64,000 nucleotides of DNA, from NCBI RefSeq assembly GCF_026626665.1, contig NZ_JAPNKE010000002.1:3565168-3629167 (forward strand), read 5' to 3'. Origin of the DNA: Nannocystis pusilla. Its GTDB lineage: Bacteria; Myxococcota_A; Polyangia; Nannocystales; Nannocystaceae. This document shows, piece after piece, positions 51,751 through 64,000 of the stretch (position 1 is the first letter of the stretch; the number at the start of each line of letters is the position of its first letter). The translations under genes and the position numbers were made by a program. The notes beneath the pieces were generated by a model. The model was not told the DNA's origin. It worked only from the letters and a program-made list of their open reading frames with translations, and did no database searches.

Positions 51751-52632
51751 TTACCCGACCTCGCGGCGCCCCGTGAGGCCCTCGCAGAACCGTTCGACCG
51801 CCGCCCCGATCTCCTGGTGGTGCTCGAACAGGCTGGTGTGAGTCCCGTGGGCCAGACGAAGCAGCTGGCTGCCCGGGATCGCGCGATGCAGCGGCAGGCC
51901 GACCCGGGGCGCCGGCGCGAACACGTCGCGGTCGCCGGCCACCACCAGCGTCGGCACGGCGATCCTCGGCAGCAGGTCGCCCGCGCAGTGACTCTGGGCC
52001 GCCAGCGCCATCGCCGCCAACGTGGCCGGGTCGAGGTCGCGCACGAAGTGATCGATGTAGAGCTTCACGTCGGCCGGCGTGGCCGCGGGGCCGATGAGCC
52101 CGAGCAGCTGCCCCAGACGCCGGCTCCCCGGCAGGCCGACGATCGAGCGCACCCCGCGGAACGCCACCCGGAACCCCGGCGCCGGCAGGCGAGCGATGAG
52201 CCCGTGCAGCGCCGGCCCGACCGGACCGAGCGCCGTGTCGAACACCCGCCCCGACGGCCCGAGCAGCAGCACCAGCCCGCGCACCCGCGCCGGCGCGGCG
52301 CGATAGATCTCGAGCGCCACCTGACAGCCCATCGAGAAGCCGACCGGCACCGCCTCCGCCAGCCCCTCGGCGTCGAGGATCGCCAGGGCGTCGCGCGCCA
52401 GCGCCGGGATCTCGACGCCCGCGGCCGTGCGAGCCGGGTCGCTGCGCCCGTGGCCCTTGAGGTCCCACGTGATCACCGTGAACCGCCTGGCCCAGCGCGG
52501 CGCCAGGTGGGTCCAGAAGAACCGCGACGTGGTGATGCCATTGCACAGCAGCAGCGCCGGCCCCTCGCCCTCTCTGCGGTAGACCACGCGGGTGCCGTCG
52601 GCGGCGACGATGGTGCGATCGGGAGCGGTCAT
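51751..52632 (-). CDS. Alpha/beta hydrolase fold protein
   Basis: About 293 aa from MTAPDRTIVAADG…. HGxx-like region LLLCNGITTS, GFSMG nucleophile elbow, C-terminal His. Confidence 0.65.
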   Translation of the reverse strand: MTAPDRTIVAADGTRVVYRREGEGPALLLCNGITTSRFFWTHLAPRWARRFTVITWDLKGHGRSDPARTAAGVEIPALARDALAILDAEGLAEAVPVGFSMGCQVALEIYRAAPARVRGLVLLLGPSGRVFDTALGPVGPALHGLIARLPAPGFRVAFRGVRSIVGLPGSRRLGQLLGLIGPAATPADVKLYIDHFVRDLDPATLAAMALAAQSHCAGDLLPRIAVPTLVVAGDRDVFAPAPRVGLPLHRAIPGSQLLRLAHGTHTSLFEHHQEIGAAVERFCEGLTGRREVG

Positions 52633-52767
52633 GCGCGGCCGCGGCGAGGATGCCACGACCTCGGCAAAGAAACCCGCCGGCCGCGGCAGAGGGGGGAAGG
52701 CCGGGCCGGCGGGTCGAGTGGATGTCTTTCCGGTCATGTGCGAACGGACACGTGACCTCGCCCGCGC

Positions 52768-53830
52768 TCACCAGCGGATCCGCACCAGCCCGTCGCCCTC
52801 GCGCACCGCCGGCAGCCCGCTGCCGTCCGGGTCGGCGCCCAGGCGCGACGACCCGCCGCCCCCGCCCGCCGCGTGGGCCGAGCCGCCCCCGAACCAGCCG
52901 CCTCCGCCGCCCGCCACGTGGTAGACCCCGCCGCCTCCGCCCTCGCCGAACCCGCCCGCCTCGCCGGGCGTCGAGCCCACGGCCCCGCCGTGGCTCTGCG
53001 TCCCGCCGCCGGCCGCGTGCCACTCGGGCAGCAGCGCCACCCCGGGCCCGCCGATCGCAAGCCCGCCCGGGCCGCCTGCGCCGTGGTCCGGGCAGCCGCA
53101 CTGCCCGCCCCCGCCGCCGGCCGCGACGAAGATCCGGTCCTCCAGCGTCCCGCCGCCCTGGCGCACGTCGCTGGCTCCCCCCGCCGCCCGCGAACGCGCC
53201 GCCCAGGCCACCACCATTGAAGCCCGCCGCGCCCTCGAGCCCGCCGCGCCCGCCGACGCGGATCTGCAGCGCCTCGCCGGGCTCCACCTCGAGCTCCGCC
53301 CGCACGTAGGCGCCGAGCCCTCCGTCGGCCTGCTCGAGCCCGTCGCAGCAGCGCGAGCCGCCGCCCTGCGCGCCCCACAGCTCGACGGTGAGCCGCGACA
53401 CGCACTCGGGCACCACGAACGTCTCCGGCGCCCCGGTGAATTCGAACTCGCGCGCGCTCCCGTCGGGCGTCACGCGCGTGCGGTCGACGCAGCGACCGTC
53501 GCAGCGGAGCTGGCCCGGCCCGCACTGCGCCTCGCAGTAGCCCGCCGCGCACGTGCCCGCGCACACGCGCCCGCAGCCGCCGCAGTGACGCGCGTCGCTC
53601 GCGACGTCGACGCACTCGGCCTCGCACACGTCGAGCGCCTCCGCCTCGCACTCGAGCGCCAGCGCGTCGTCGGCCTCGACCCCTGCACCGGCGACCGTGC
53701 TCGGCACCGGTCGCAGGTGGCGAGTATCCGTGATCTCGTCGCAGCCGCCGGACACGATTGCGAGCATCACCGACACCGTACGCCACCGACCCTCGAGAAC
53801 CATCTGCGCGGCCTCCCCTGCGACCTGTAG
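52768..53830 (-). CDS. Secreted Cys-rich / glycine-rich-domain protein, paralog 1 (frameshifted)
   Basis: Fragments in ORFs 51098..53854 (…CGPGQLRCDGRCVD…FEFTGAPETFVVPECV.RLTVELWGAQGG…) and 52768..53217 (GGGG…YHVAGGGGGWFGGG…VRIRW). Confidence 0.45.
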
Positions 53831-54087
53831 GCATGAGGCGCACGAGGCATCCACGCAAACACCCCTGTGTCGCCAGTCACGAGCGATCGCCCATCATATG
53901 TCTCTCGAGACATGTCCTAAAGAACTCCATGACGCATCACCACCGCCGCGAAGCAGCCGTGGCTCGTAGCCGGCGATCCTCGCCACGGATCGCAGTCGTC
54001 GACCGTCGACCGCGAGGCGCACGCGCGCCCGCCTCGACGCGGTAGCGATCGCAACCATCACCCCGCGTCACGCCAGGCGGCCCGCGC

Positions 54088-54941
54088 TCACCAGTAGATC
54101 TGCACCGCACCGTCGCCGCGGCGCGCTCCCGCTTCGAACTCCACCTCGTCCGCGTCGACGCCCACGTGCGACGAACCGCCGCCACCGCCCGCGCCGAACG
54201 CCCCGCCGCCGCCGTACCAGCCGCCGCCGCCGCCTGCCACGTGATAGCGCGCCGCTCCGCCGCCGAGCCCGAACACCCCGGACTGCCCGGGCGACGAGCC
54301 GCCTGCGCCTCCGGCGTGTTGCCTGCCGCCGCCACCCGCGCTCCAGAAGTCCTCGCCCACGATCCCGTCGTCGCCGACGAGCCCCCGCCGGCGCCGCCCG
54401 CCCCGTGGTCTGGAAAGCCGCACGAGCCGCCGCCTCCGCCGCCTACCACCAGCGCGCGATCGATCAGGCTGGCGCCGCCGATCCGGATGTCCGATCCGCC
54501 GCCGCCGCCCCCGGCCCACACGCCGCCGCGTCCGCCTCCGTTCCATCCCGGCGCCCCGTCGATCCCGCCGCGTCCGCCGACCAGCACCAGCAGCACCTCG
54601 CCGGGTCGCACCGGCAGCTCCGCGCGCAGCCAGCCGCCGCGACCGCCGTCCATCTGCACGTCGGGCAGCCCGTGGATCTCGTCGATCCCGCAGCGACTCG
54701 GCCCGCCCTGCGCGCCCCACAGCTCGACCGACAGCGTCGTCACGCACTCCGGCACCACGAACACCTGCGGCCCGCCCGTGAACGCGAACCCGCGCCCGCC
54801 CGGGCCCGCGCACCCCGGCACCGCGTCCGGCACCATTCCGTCGAGCCCCACGACCTCGGGCGCGTGACAGCCGAGCAGCGCCACGAGCGCCGCGGCCCTG
54901 CGTCCGGGTCGAATGTGTGAGCCGCTCCCCTGCATCGCCAC
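54088..54941 (-). CDS. Secreted glycine-rich-domain protein, paralog 2 (frameshifted)
   Basis: ORFs 53937..54941 (…FAFTGGPQVFVVPECVTTLSVELWGAQGG…) and 54088..55002 (…YHVAGGGGGWYGGGGAFGAGGGGGSS…VQIYW). Same architecture as paralog 1. Confidence 0.45.
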
Positions 54942-55009
54942 CCCTTCTCCAGGGATGCGCGGCGCCGTCCGCGATGCAAACGCCGCCCGTGCTGCGCGTC
55001 ACGCCTCAC

Positions 55010-55409
55010 AATATATGTCCTAATGGACATGCCCAAACAGACATATGTAAGGGTCGTCGAGGATCCACGTGGCATGTCCTTCGAGACAGGCGACCCTGCC
55101 GAGCAGAGCGCCGCGGAGTCACGGTCGCGGCGAAGGACTCCCTTCCCACGAGCCATCCACCGCCTCGCCCTGCGCCGCCCGCACCGTACTGCTGCATGTC
55201 CCGCAAGACGTGCTCATCGAGACGGCTCGTCACCGTCACCGCGCGCATGCATGTCCTTCAAGACATGCTCATCGAGACATCCCGCCGCCCGCCAATGCAT
55301 GTCCTTCAAGACATGCCCTTCGAGGCATCCTCATTCCCCCATGCATCCGTCTCGCCGCGCCCAGCCCGCATGTCCATCAGGACATGCCCCACGAGACATC
55401 CCCGCCCGC

Positions 55410-55410
<1 letters not shown>
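55010..55410. repeat. Intergenic array of about 35 bp hairpin units GCATGTCCTTCAAGACATGC(C)CWTCGAGACATCCC (at least 7 copies)
   Basis: Units at about 55012, 55068, 55190, 55248, 55288, 55328 and 55368. Arms CATGTC/GACATG with a 5-7 nt spacer. Confidence 0.8.
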
Positions 55411-58122
<2,712 letters not shown>

Positions 58123-58381
58123 GGACAGGAACGTCGGGGCCGAAGCGATGCAGCGCCGCCGCGGCGGCGAGGCCGAGCGCGAGCCACAGGAGGACGGCGC
58201 GGGTCAAGGGCGCACCGGGGCGCGCGGGCCGGGGGAGGATCGCATCGGCGAGGGTCCGGCAACCATAGCGCCCCGGGCGGCCCGGCAAAAGCCGGCCTGC
58301 TGCCGGACGGCGTTCCCGGCGCGGCCGGGTTGCGCGGAACCGGCAGGGCGGTTAGGGTGCCGGCCACCCGAAGGAAGCGCT

Positions 58382-58942
58382 GTGAAGCCGATCGAGATCT
58401 GTCAACACCTGGGCCAAGGCCACATCGACGCGTACTACGACGAGCTCTCCGGCAAGGAAGTCCGCGAGGTGCTCAAGGCCGGCGGCTGCAGCGTCAACGT
58501 CCCCCCGACCGCGTACACCCAGGCCGCCCGCCGCCGCGCGTGGCGCCGCCGCTTCGACACCGAGCTGACCGGCGGCAACGACAACCTCGCGCTCGCGCTC
58601 CTGCTCGAGTGGCTCATGCGCCACCACCGCCAGATGCTGGTCGACTACCTCGACTTCCTCGGCGTGAAGCACACCATGGGCGAGACCGACGAGGATTTCT
58701 GCGTCACCAACCCGCCCGAGAAGCTGCGCGAGGGCGTCGCCGAGCTGCTCAAGAAGTACCCGCCGGCCCACGTCGCCAGCTACCTGCTGCTCGTCGGCCA
58801 CCTGCAGGACACCCCGGTGTTCGACCAGACCCCCGAGGTCCTCAAGGCCCTCGGCGTCGAGGACGCGGCCGCCGGCGAGTACATCGAGAAGCACAAGCAG
58901 ACCTACAAGCCGCGCATGCGCCAGCAGCAGGCCGCTTCCTGA
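58382..58942 (+). CDS. Hypothetical protein
   Basis: About 186 aa from a GTG start (VKPIEICQHLGQGHIDAYYDEL…). Globular-looking composition. No domain recognised. Confidence 0.45.
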   Translation: MKPIEICQHLGQGHIDAYYDELSGKEVREVLKAGGCSVNVPPTAYTQAARRRAWRRRFDTELTGGNDNLALALLLEWLMRHHRQMLVDYLDFLGVKHTMGETDEDFCVTNPPEKLREGVAELLKKYPPAHVASYLLLVGHLQDTPVFDQTPEVLKALGVEDAAAGEYIEKHKQTYKPRMRQQQAAS

Positions 58943-58951
58943 GGTCCCGCC

Positions 58952-59263
58952 GTGGATCGCCTGGCGATGCTCCGACAGTTCGTGGCCCAAAAGCCAGGTG
59001 AGGCGTTCCCGCGCTACGGCCTGGCCATGGAGCTGAAGCGCCGCGGGCAGCTCGCCGAGGCGATCGTCGAGTTCCGCGAGCTCATCGCCAAGATCCCCGA
59101 ATACGTGCCGGCCTACTTGATGGCCGGCAACACCCTGGTCGAGGCCGGCGACCGCGACGGCGCCCTGCAGGTCCTCGATCAGGGCGTTCAGGCCGCGCGC
59201 GCGGCCGGCGACGCGCACGCGCTCGGCGAGCTCGAATCCGCCCGCGCCGCGCTGGAAGGGTGA
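58952..59263 (+). CDS. Small TPR-like protein
   Basis: 103 aa. Two TPR-like helix pairs (…AIVEFRELIAKIPEYVPAYLMAGNTLVEAGDRDGALQVLDQGV…). Translationally coupled to the next gene (stop/start overlap). Confidence 0.5.
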   Translation: MDRLAMLRQFVAQKPGEAFPRYGLAMELKRRGQLAEAIVEFRELIAKIPEYVPAYLMAGNTLVEAGDRDGALQVLDQGVQAARAAGDAHALGELESARAALEG

Positions 59264-60180
59264 GCGCCACGTCCAGGCTCGCCGACGCCGCCGCGATCGA
59301 CCTGGTGTTCGCCAGTCCGCGACGGTTGCCCAAGCCCGCGAACCTGCGCGGCCGCGTGGTCGTGCTCGACGTCGCCTTCGCGGCCGAGGGCATCGGCAGC
59401 GGCTTCGAGAAGATCACGGGCAAGTTCCTCGCCGGCCTGGGCGCGCGCCTGGCCCGGTGGGTCGACCACCACGATCACGAGCGCCACGCCCAGTTCCGCG
59501 GCGACCGGCGCTTCGTGCTCCACACCAAGGCCGAGCACGGCGCCTGCCCCGAGATCGTCACGCCGCAGATGGTCGAAGAGACAGGTCCGGTCGACACCAT
59601 CGTCGCCCACTTCGACCTCGACGGCCTCTACTCGGCCGCCAAGTGGCTGCTCCGCGGCGTCGAGCCCTACCCGGGCGCCGACGCCGACGCCCGCGCCGTC
59701 GACACCCGGATCGGCGAGGTCGGCCCGATCGGCGCCCTCGTCGACAAGGCGCTGCGGGCCCACTACGAGGACACCGTCCTCCTCAACAAGATCGTCCGCT
59801 GGCTGGTCGCCGGTCGCCCGCGCGGCGCCGAGCAGGAGGCGATCGCCGCCGCCGCCGCCGACTTCGACGCCATGGCCGCCGAGGCCGCCGCGCTGGCCCG
59901 CGCCTACGTCGTCGAGGATGGCGTCGCCCTCGTGCGCGTGCCCGGCAATCCGCGCTCGTTCGACAAGACCGAGCTGCTGCTGCTCGGCCAGGAGCGCGCC
60001 CCCGTGGCGGTCGTCATCGACGGCCAGACCCTGAACATCGCCGCCAGCTTCGCCAGCGGCCTCGATTTCGTCGCCCTGCTCGGCCTCGGCGGCGGCATGC
60101 CGACGCGCGTCAGCGTGCCCGCCTCGCGCCTCGACGACACGCTCGCCAAGATCCGCGCCGCCCTGCGCGCGCGCGGCTGA
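59260..60180 (+). CDS. Hypothetical protein
   Basis: 306 aa ORF with protein-like composition. Overlaps the upstream stop. No domain recognised. Confidence 0.5.
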   Translation: MSATSRLADAAAIDLVFASPRRLPKPANLRGRVVVLDVAFAAEGIGSGFEKITGKFLAGLGARLARWVDHHDHERHAQFRGDRRFVLHTKAEHGACPEIVTPQMVEETGPVDTIVAHFDLDGLYSAAKWLLRGVEPYPGADADARAVDTRIGEVGPIGALVDKALRAHYEDTVLLNKIVRWLVAGRPRGAEQEAIAAAAADFDAMAAEAAALARAYVVEDGVALVRVPGNPRSFDKTELLLLGQERAPVAVVIDGQTLNIAASFASGLDFVALLGLGGGMPTRVSVPASRLDDTLAKIRAALRARG

Positions 60181-60199
60181 GCTGCCCCTCGGGACTGTC

Positions 60200-60670
60200 G
60201 CATTCGACATGTCCCGAAAGACACTTGTGCCGACAATCTGGTCGGCCGTCCGCCGCGCGTGGTCGACCTGTCCCGAGAGACGTTTTTGTCGACTTGCCGG
60301 TCCGCTGCCCGCCGCGCGGCCGAACCTGCCCCGAGAGATACTTTTTTCGACGGCCGGTCGGCCGTCCCCGCGCGCGGCCGCACCTGTCCCGAGAGACACT
60401 TTTTTCGACGGGCCCGCCGCTGTCCGCCGCGCGTCGAACTGTCTCGAGAGACATTTTTCGACGGGCGGTCGGCTGTCCGCCGCACGCGGGCGACCTGTCC
60501 CGAGAGACACTCTCGCCTCCCGGCCGGCCTCCCGAGCCCTGCACGTGACCGACCTGTCCCGAGAGACACGCTCCGCTCCCGCGGTCACGTGTCCCGGCGC
60601 GCCAGCGCGACATGTCCCGAAAGACATCTCTGTCTCCAGGCCGATCCTGTCGTCGCCAGCCCGCAGGGGG
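60200..60670. repeat. Eight-unit 57-59 bp degenerate tandem repeat array (not CRISPR)
   Basis: Unit (C)GACCTGTCCCGAGAGACAC-TTTTTTCGACGG-GCCGGTCGGCCGTCCGCCGCGCG-GCCG starts at about 60206, 60265, 60323, 60382, 60436, 60492, 60551 and 60608. The whole unit repeats, including the would-be spacer. Confidence 0.85.
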
Positions 60671-60803
60671 CGCTGACGCGCCCTCGGCCCGCGATCTCGC
60701 CCAGATCGAGAGCTCACTTGGTGTTGCAGGTCGGGGACGCAAATAGGACCCTGGCCTCCGCAGTCCGAGTGCCCACCACGGGCCGACCCCCAGGAGAATC
60801 ACA

Positions 60804-61163
60804 ATGTCGCAACGTCCTCGTCTGTCCCTGCTCGCCGCCCTGACGGCGCTGATGCTCCCCGCCGCCGCCTTCGCCGACTCCAACGGCACGGTCGGCAACG
60901 TCGAAGCAGTCACCCTCTACGAGAGCAGCAGCGACAACCACGCCATGTTCAACGGCTCGGTCTCGATCAAGGAGAAGACCGGGCAGAAGCGCGACTACAA
61001 GTGGGGCGGCTCGCTGTGCCCCGGCCGCGAGCTCAGCGCCAACGCGGTCAACCTGCTGTTCGAGGCCCTGCGCGCCAAGAAGCAGGTCGAGGTCACGCCG
61101 ACCTACAAGGCCGGCAACGGCGGCGAGCGCTGCCTCACCGGCTTCAAGCTCGAGAGCCGCTGA
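60804..61163 (+). CDS. Small secreted protein (signal peptide), hypothetical
   Basis: 119 aa. Signal peptide MSQRPRLSLLAALTALMLPAAAFA. Two Cys. Noticeably lower GC than the surroundings. RBS-like caggagaatcacaATG. Confidence 0.55.
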   Translation: MSQRPRLSLLAALTALMLPAAAFADSNGTVGNVEAVTLYESSSDNHAMFNGSVSIKEKTGQKRDYKWGGSLCPGRELSANAVNLLFEALRAKKQVEVTPTYKAGNGGERCLTGFKLESR

Positions 61164-61273
61164 GGCCCCGGCCGGCCGCCGCCCGTCGCCGCTCCCCCGG
61201 CGACGCTCGCCGGCCGGCAACTCTTATGTCTCTTCGGCCATGTCCTTCACGACATGGCCGTTCTTCTACGCGC

Positions 61274-61918
61274 TCACAGCGGCTGCCACTGCAGCGTCTC
61301 GACCGCGATCTCGTAGCCGAACCACCCGTTGACGAGCTTCAGCCGCGACGGCAGCGCCCCGTCCTTCATCCCGCCGCCCTCGTAGGTGACGACGATCTCC
61401 CCGCCCGGCTTGCCGTCCTTGCGCTCGAAGCGGCGCTCGAGCAGCGCCCCGCCCTGCCACACCTCCGTCACCTTCTCCTCGCCGACCTCGCCGCGGTGGG
61501 TCCCGTCGGCCAGCGGCGCCCCCGGCAGCCCGAGGAACTGGACCCGGTGGACGTCGAGCAGCATGAAGCGAGGCGGGAACGGCAGCTTGCCCTCGGGCGC
61601 GAACACGTCGACCTTCACCTCCGCGCCCTGCTGCTTGGCCACGAACGCCTTGGTCGAGAACGGCGTCAGCCCGATCAGCGTCAGCGCGTCGCCCTGCTTC
61701 TGCAGCACCACCTCGCCGCCGATCTCGCGCCCGCGGGCCGTCCCATGCAACCTTTGCCGGGCCATGAAGTCGGGCCCCGTCAGCGTCGTCGCCAGCGCCC
61801 CCGGGTAGTCGGCCTCCGCCAGCTGCGGCGGCGTCGACTCGGCCTCCTGTCCCTTCGCACATGCCCCGAGGAGCATGGCCGCGACGACAGGACCTATCGA
61901 CCATGCTCTCCGGTTCAT
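61274..61918 (-). CDS. DUF3261-like lipoprotein
   Basis: About 214 aa from MNRRAWSIGPVVAAMLLGACAKG (lipobox). Start overlaps the upstream gene's stop. DUF3261 lipoproteins typically accompany MMPL exporters. Confidence 0.5.
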   Translation of the reverse strand: MNRRAWSIGPVVAAMLLGACAKGQEAESTPPQLAEADYPGALATTLTGPDFMARQRLHGTARGREIGGEVVLQKQGDALTLIGLTPFSTKAFVAKQQGAEVKVDVFAPEGKLPFPPRFMLLDVHRVQFLGLPGAPLADGTHRGEVGEEKVTEVWQGGALLERRFERKDGKPGGEIVVTYEGGGMKDGALPSRLKLVNGWFGYEIAVETLQWQPL

Positions 61919-64000
61919 CCGCGCTCCTTCCCCTCGCCCGCGCCGGCCAGCACCAGGGCGGCGGGGGCCAGCACCAGGCTGAGCAGCACCCCGAGCCCGA
62001 CGGTCACCCCGATCGCCTGCAGCGCCGGGCTCTGCGACATCGCCAGCAGCCCGAACGCCAGCACCGTCGACAGGCACGCCAGCAGCACGCTCAGCACCGT
62101 CGCGTCGAAGCCGCCCGGGTCGCGCCGGCTCTCGGCCAGGAACACCCCGTAGTCGACGCCCATGCTGAGCACCAGCAGCAGCGCGACGACGTGCAGAATC
62201 CCGATCGTCATCCCCGAGAGCGCCACCACCGACAGCGCCGTCGCGGCCGCCAGCACGGCCGGGGCGAACGCCGCCAGCGCCAGCCCGAACCGGCGGTAGC
62301 GGGCCCACACCATCGCCAGCACCGCGAACAGGCCGAACACCACCAGCTCGAGCGTGCGCGCGCGGTAGCGGCCGAACGCCGCCTGCATCATGCCCTGCTG
62401 GTCGAAGTAGCGCACCTGCGGCAGGTCGGCCAGGCGGGCCTGCAGCGCCGTCGCGTCGGCGACCCCGCGCAGCAGCGTCACCACCGCCACCTCGCCGCCG
62501 TCGAGCTCGGCCCGGAACGTCCGCGCCGCCTCGGCCAGCGGCGTCGCGGCCAGGTCGGCCGGCCGCATCACGTCTGGCCCATGGGACATGTCCGCGAAGA
62601 ACTTGGCGAACGAGCCGGCGCGGAAGCCCTCGGCCACGAACGCCGCGTCGAGCCGGGCCGGCAGGCTCGGGTCGGCCAGCGCCGCCTGGTTGTCCTTCTG
62701 CAGCGCCGCCGACCACACCAGCGCGTGCAGGCTGCGGAACGCCTCGATCTCGCCGGCCGCCTGGGCCCCGCGCAGGCGCACCGCCGCCGCGTCGTTGCCG
62801 GCCAGCGCCTCCTCCTCGTCGGCCCCGAACGCGACCACGAAGCGCCCCGCGTCCATCCGCGACACCCGCGTCCGCACCCGCTCGTCCTCGGCCAGCATCC
62901 CCGGGTCGAGCGCCGTCAGCAGCCGCACGTCGTCCGACCACTCGATGCGCGGCAGCCCGACCACGCACAGGCCCAGCGCCACCGCCGGCAGCACCGCCAC
63001 CGCCGAGCGCCGGCGTCGCATCCCCGCGACCACCCGCGCCAGCCCGGCCGCGGCGCGCCGCTGCACCCAACCTGGCTTTGGGGCCATGGGCAAAAGGTCA
63101 GGTAGCCAGTAGCGCGTGGCCAGGGCCGCCACCAGCACCCCGATCGAGGCGAACAGCGCCACCTCGCGCAGCCCCGGGAAGCTGGTCCACGCCAGCCCGG
63201 CGAAGCCCGCCACCGTCGTCAGCGCCCCGAGCAGCAGGCCCGGCCAGATCTGCCGCGCGCTCTGGCGCGGCCCGCCGCGCGGGTCGAGCATGTGGTGGTT
63301 GAACAGGTGCACCGAGTAGTCGATGCACACGCCGATGAGCGTCGCCCCGAACGCCAGTGTCAGCCCGTGGACCGCCCCGAACAGCGCCAGGCAGGCCGCC
63401 AGCGCCGCCGCCACGCCGGCCACCAGCGGCGCCAGCGACAGCAGCACCAGCCGCGGCGAGCGGAACATCAGCAGGAACAGCGCGACGATGCCGACCAGCG
63501 AGACCGTGGAGATCCGGCCGATGTCCTCGCGCATGCTGGTCTCGGCCGCCAGAGCGAAGCGAGCCACGCCCGACTGCTCGAGCACCAGGCGCCCGCCCGA
63601 CTGGGCGTCGACCTCGGCGAACGCGGCCTCGATCGCGGCCTGCAGCGGCGCCTGGTCGGCGGCGTCGAACGGCGAGCTGCGGGTCGCCAGCATCACCAGC
63701 GCGTGCTGGTCCTCGGCCACGAAGTGCCCGTCGCGCAGCGCCACTCCGCCGCCCTGGGCCGCCTCGAGCCGGCGCAGCTGGGCCGGATAGGCCAGCAGCG
63801 GGTCGGCCGGCGCGATCTGCTTGATCACCCCCGACGTCGGCAGGCCGAGCTGGCGCCGCAGCTCGCGGGCCGCCGCGCGCAGGCCGTCGTCGGACAACCT
63901 GTCCTGAAGGCCAGCTGCCTCGTCGGCCAGGAGGTAGAACCGCCGCGGGTAGTACAGGTTGTGGATCGCCTCGGCGTGCAGTTCGCCCGGCCCGGTGCGC
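61915..64000 (-). CDS. MMPL/RND-superfamily membrane transporter, 5'-partial (start lies beyond the window end)
   Basis: 660 aa ORF 61915..63897 is open to the window edge. Two 6-TM bundles with intervening periplasmic domains, as in MMPL exporters. Confidence 0.65.
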   Translation of the reverse strand, partial: RTGPGELHAEAIHNLYYPRRFYLLADEAAGLQDRLSDDGLRAAARELRRQLGLPTSGVIKQIAPADPLLAYPAQLRRLEAAQGGGVALRDGHFVAEDQHALVMLATRSSPFDAADQAPLQAAIEAAFAEVDAQSGGRLVLEQSGVARFALAAETSMREDIGRISTVSLVGIVALFLLMFRSPRLVLLSLAPLVAGVAAALAACLALFGAVHGLTLAFGATLIGVCIDYSVHLFNHHMLDPRGGPRQSARQIWPGLLLGALTTVAGFAGLAWTSFPGLREVALFASIGVLVAALATRYWLPDLLPMAPKPGWVQRRAAAGLARVVAGMRRRRSAVAVLPAVALGLCVVGLPRIEWSDDVRLLTALDPGMLAEDERVRTRVSRMDAGRFVVAFGADEEEALAGNDAAAVRLRGAQAAGEIEAFRSLHALVWSAALQKDNQAALADPSLPARLDAAFVAEGFRAGSFAKFFADMSHGPDVMRPADLAATPLAEAARTFRAELDGGEVAVVTLLRGVADATALQARLADLPQVRYFDQQGMMQAAFGRYRARTLELVVFGLFAVLAMVWARYRRFGLALAAFAPAVLAAATALSVVALSGMTIGILHVVALLLVLSMGVDYGVFLAESRRDPGGFDATVLSVLLACLSTVLAFGLLAMSQSPALQAIGVTVGLGVLLSLVLAPAALVLAGAGEGKERG

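Noticed and set aside
60200-60670. Possible CRISPR array (regular about 58 bp periodicity, conserved 18-20 bp motif)
   Set aside because: The inter-motif segments are themselves conserved between units (TTTTTTCGACGG…CCGCCGCGCG). No unique spacers exist, so this is a degenerate tandem repeat, not repeat-spacer architecture. No cas genes are in the window.

Overview
This 64 kb window is very GC-rich (about 70-72% by eye) and looks like bacterial chromosome. Ser/Thr kinases fused to TPR or WD40 domains, an ECF sigma factor, an HTTM-domain membrane protein, a DUF1592/DUF1552 pair and a major-vault-protein-like gene make Myxococcota (Polyangia-like) the most likely source. I can support about 44 protein-coding genes. 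I did not recognise any rRNA or tRNA, and there is no CRISPR array.

Five things stand out.

- **Septu-like defence pair.** An AAA_21-type ATPase followed by an HNH nuclease sits at 42.8-45.1 kb in a lower-GC island. It is inserted into a co-directional run of a truncated ThrRS paralog, an O-methyltransferase and two tandem M16 peptidases.
- **Vault-like gene with a radical SAM partner.** A bacterial MVP homolog lies directly upstream of a radical SAM/SPASM enzyme and converges on a zinc-ribbon protein with a Thr/Asp-rich ectodomain (28-33 kb).
- **Pervasive intergenic repeat family.** Short hairpin-forming units with the core GACATGTCC(YY)TTCGAGACA (or GACCTGTCC) fill almost every intergenic gap as arrays of 2 to more than 10 units. 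They include a 30 bp perfect palindrome, a pair of about 110 bp tandem duplicates, and an eight-unit 57-59 bp tandem array that superficially looks like CRISPR but is not.
- **An AT-rich island with a 32 bp palindrome** at 8.4-8.6 kb.
- **Very frequent apparent frameshifts.** Gene after gene is split between frames at C/G homopolymers or (GC)n runs: SDR, STPK-WD40, WG-repeat, ParA-TPR, HTTM, MVP, ATPase, FAD monooxygenase, VWA and others. This points to uncorrected indel errors in the assembly (or, less likely, massive pseudogenisation), so all gene boundaries below are approximate.

The six-frame ORF track is dominated by long spurious antisense or read-through ORFs, as expected at this GC content. 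I merged or rejected many of them.
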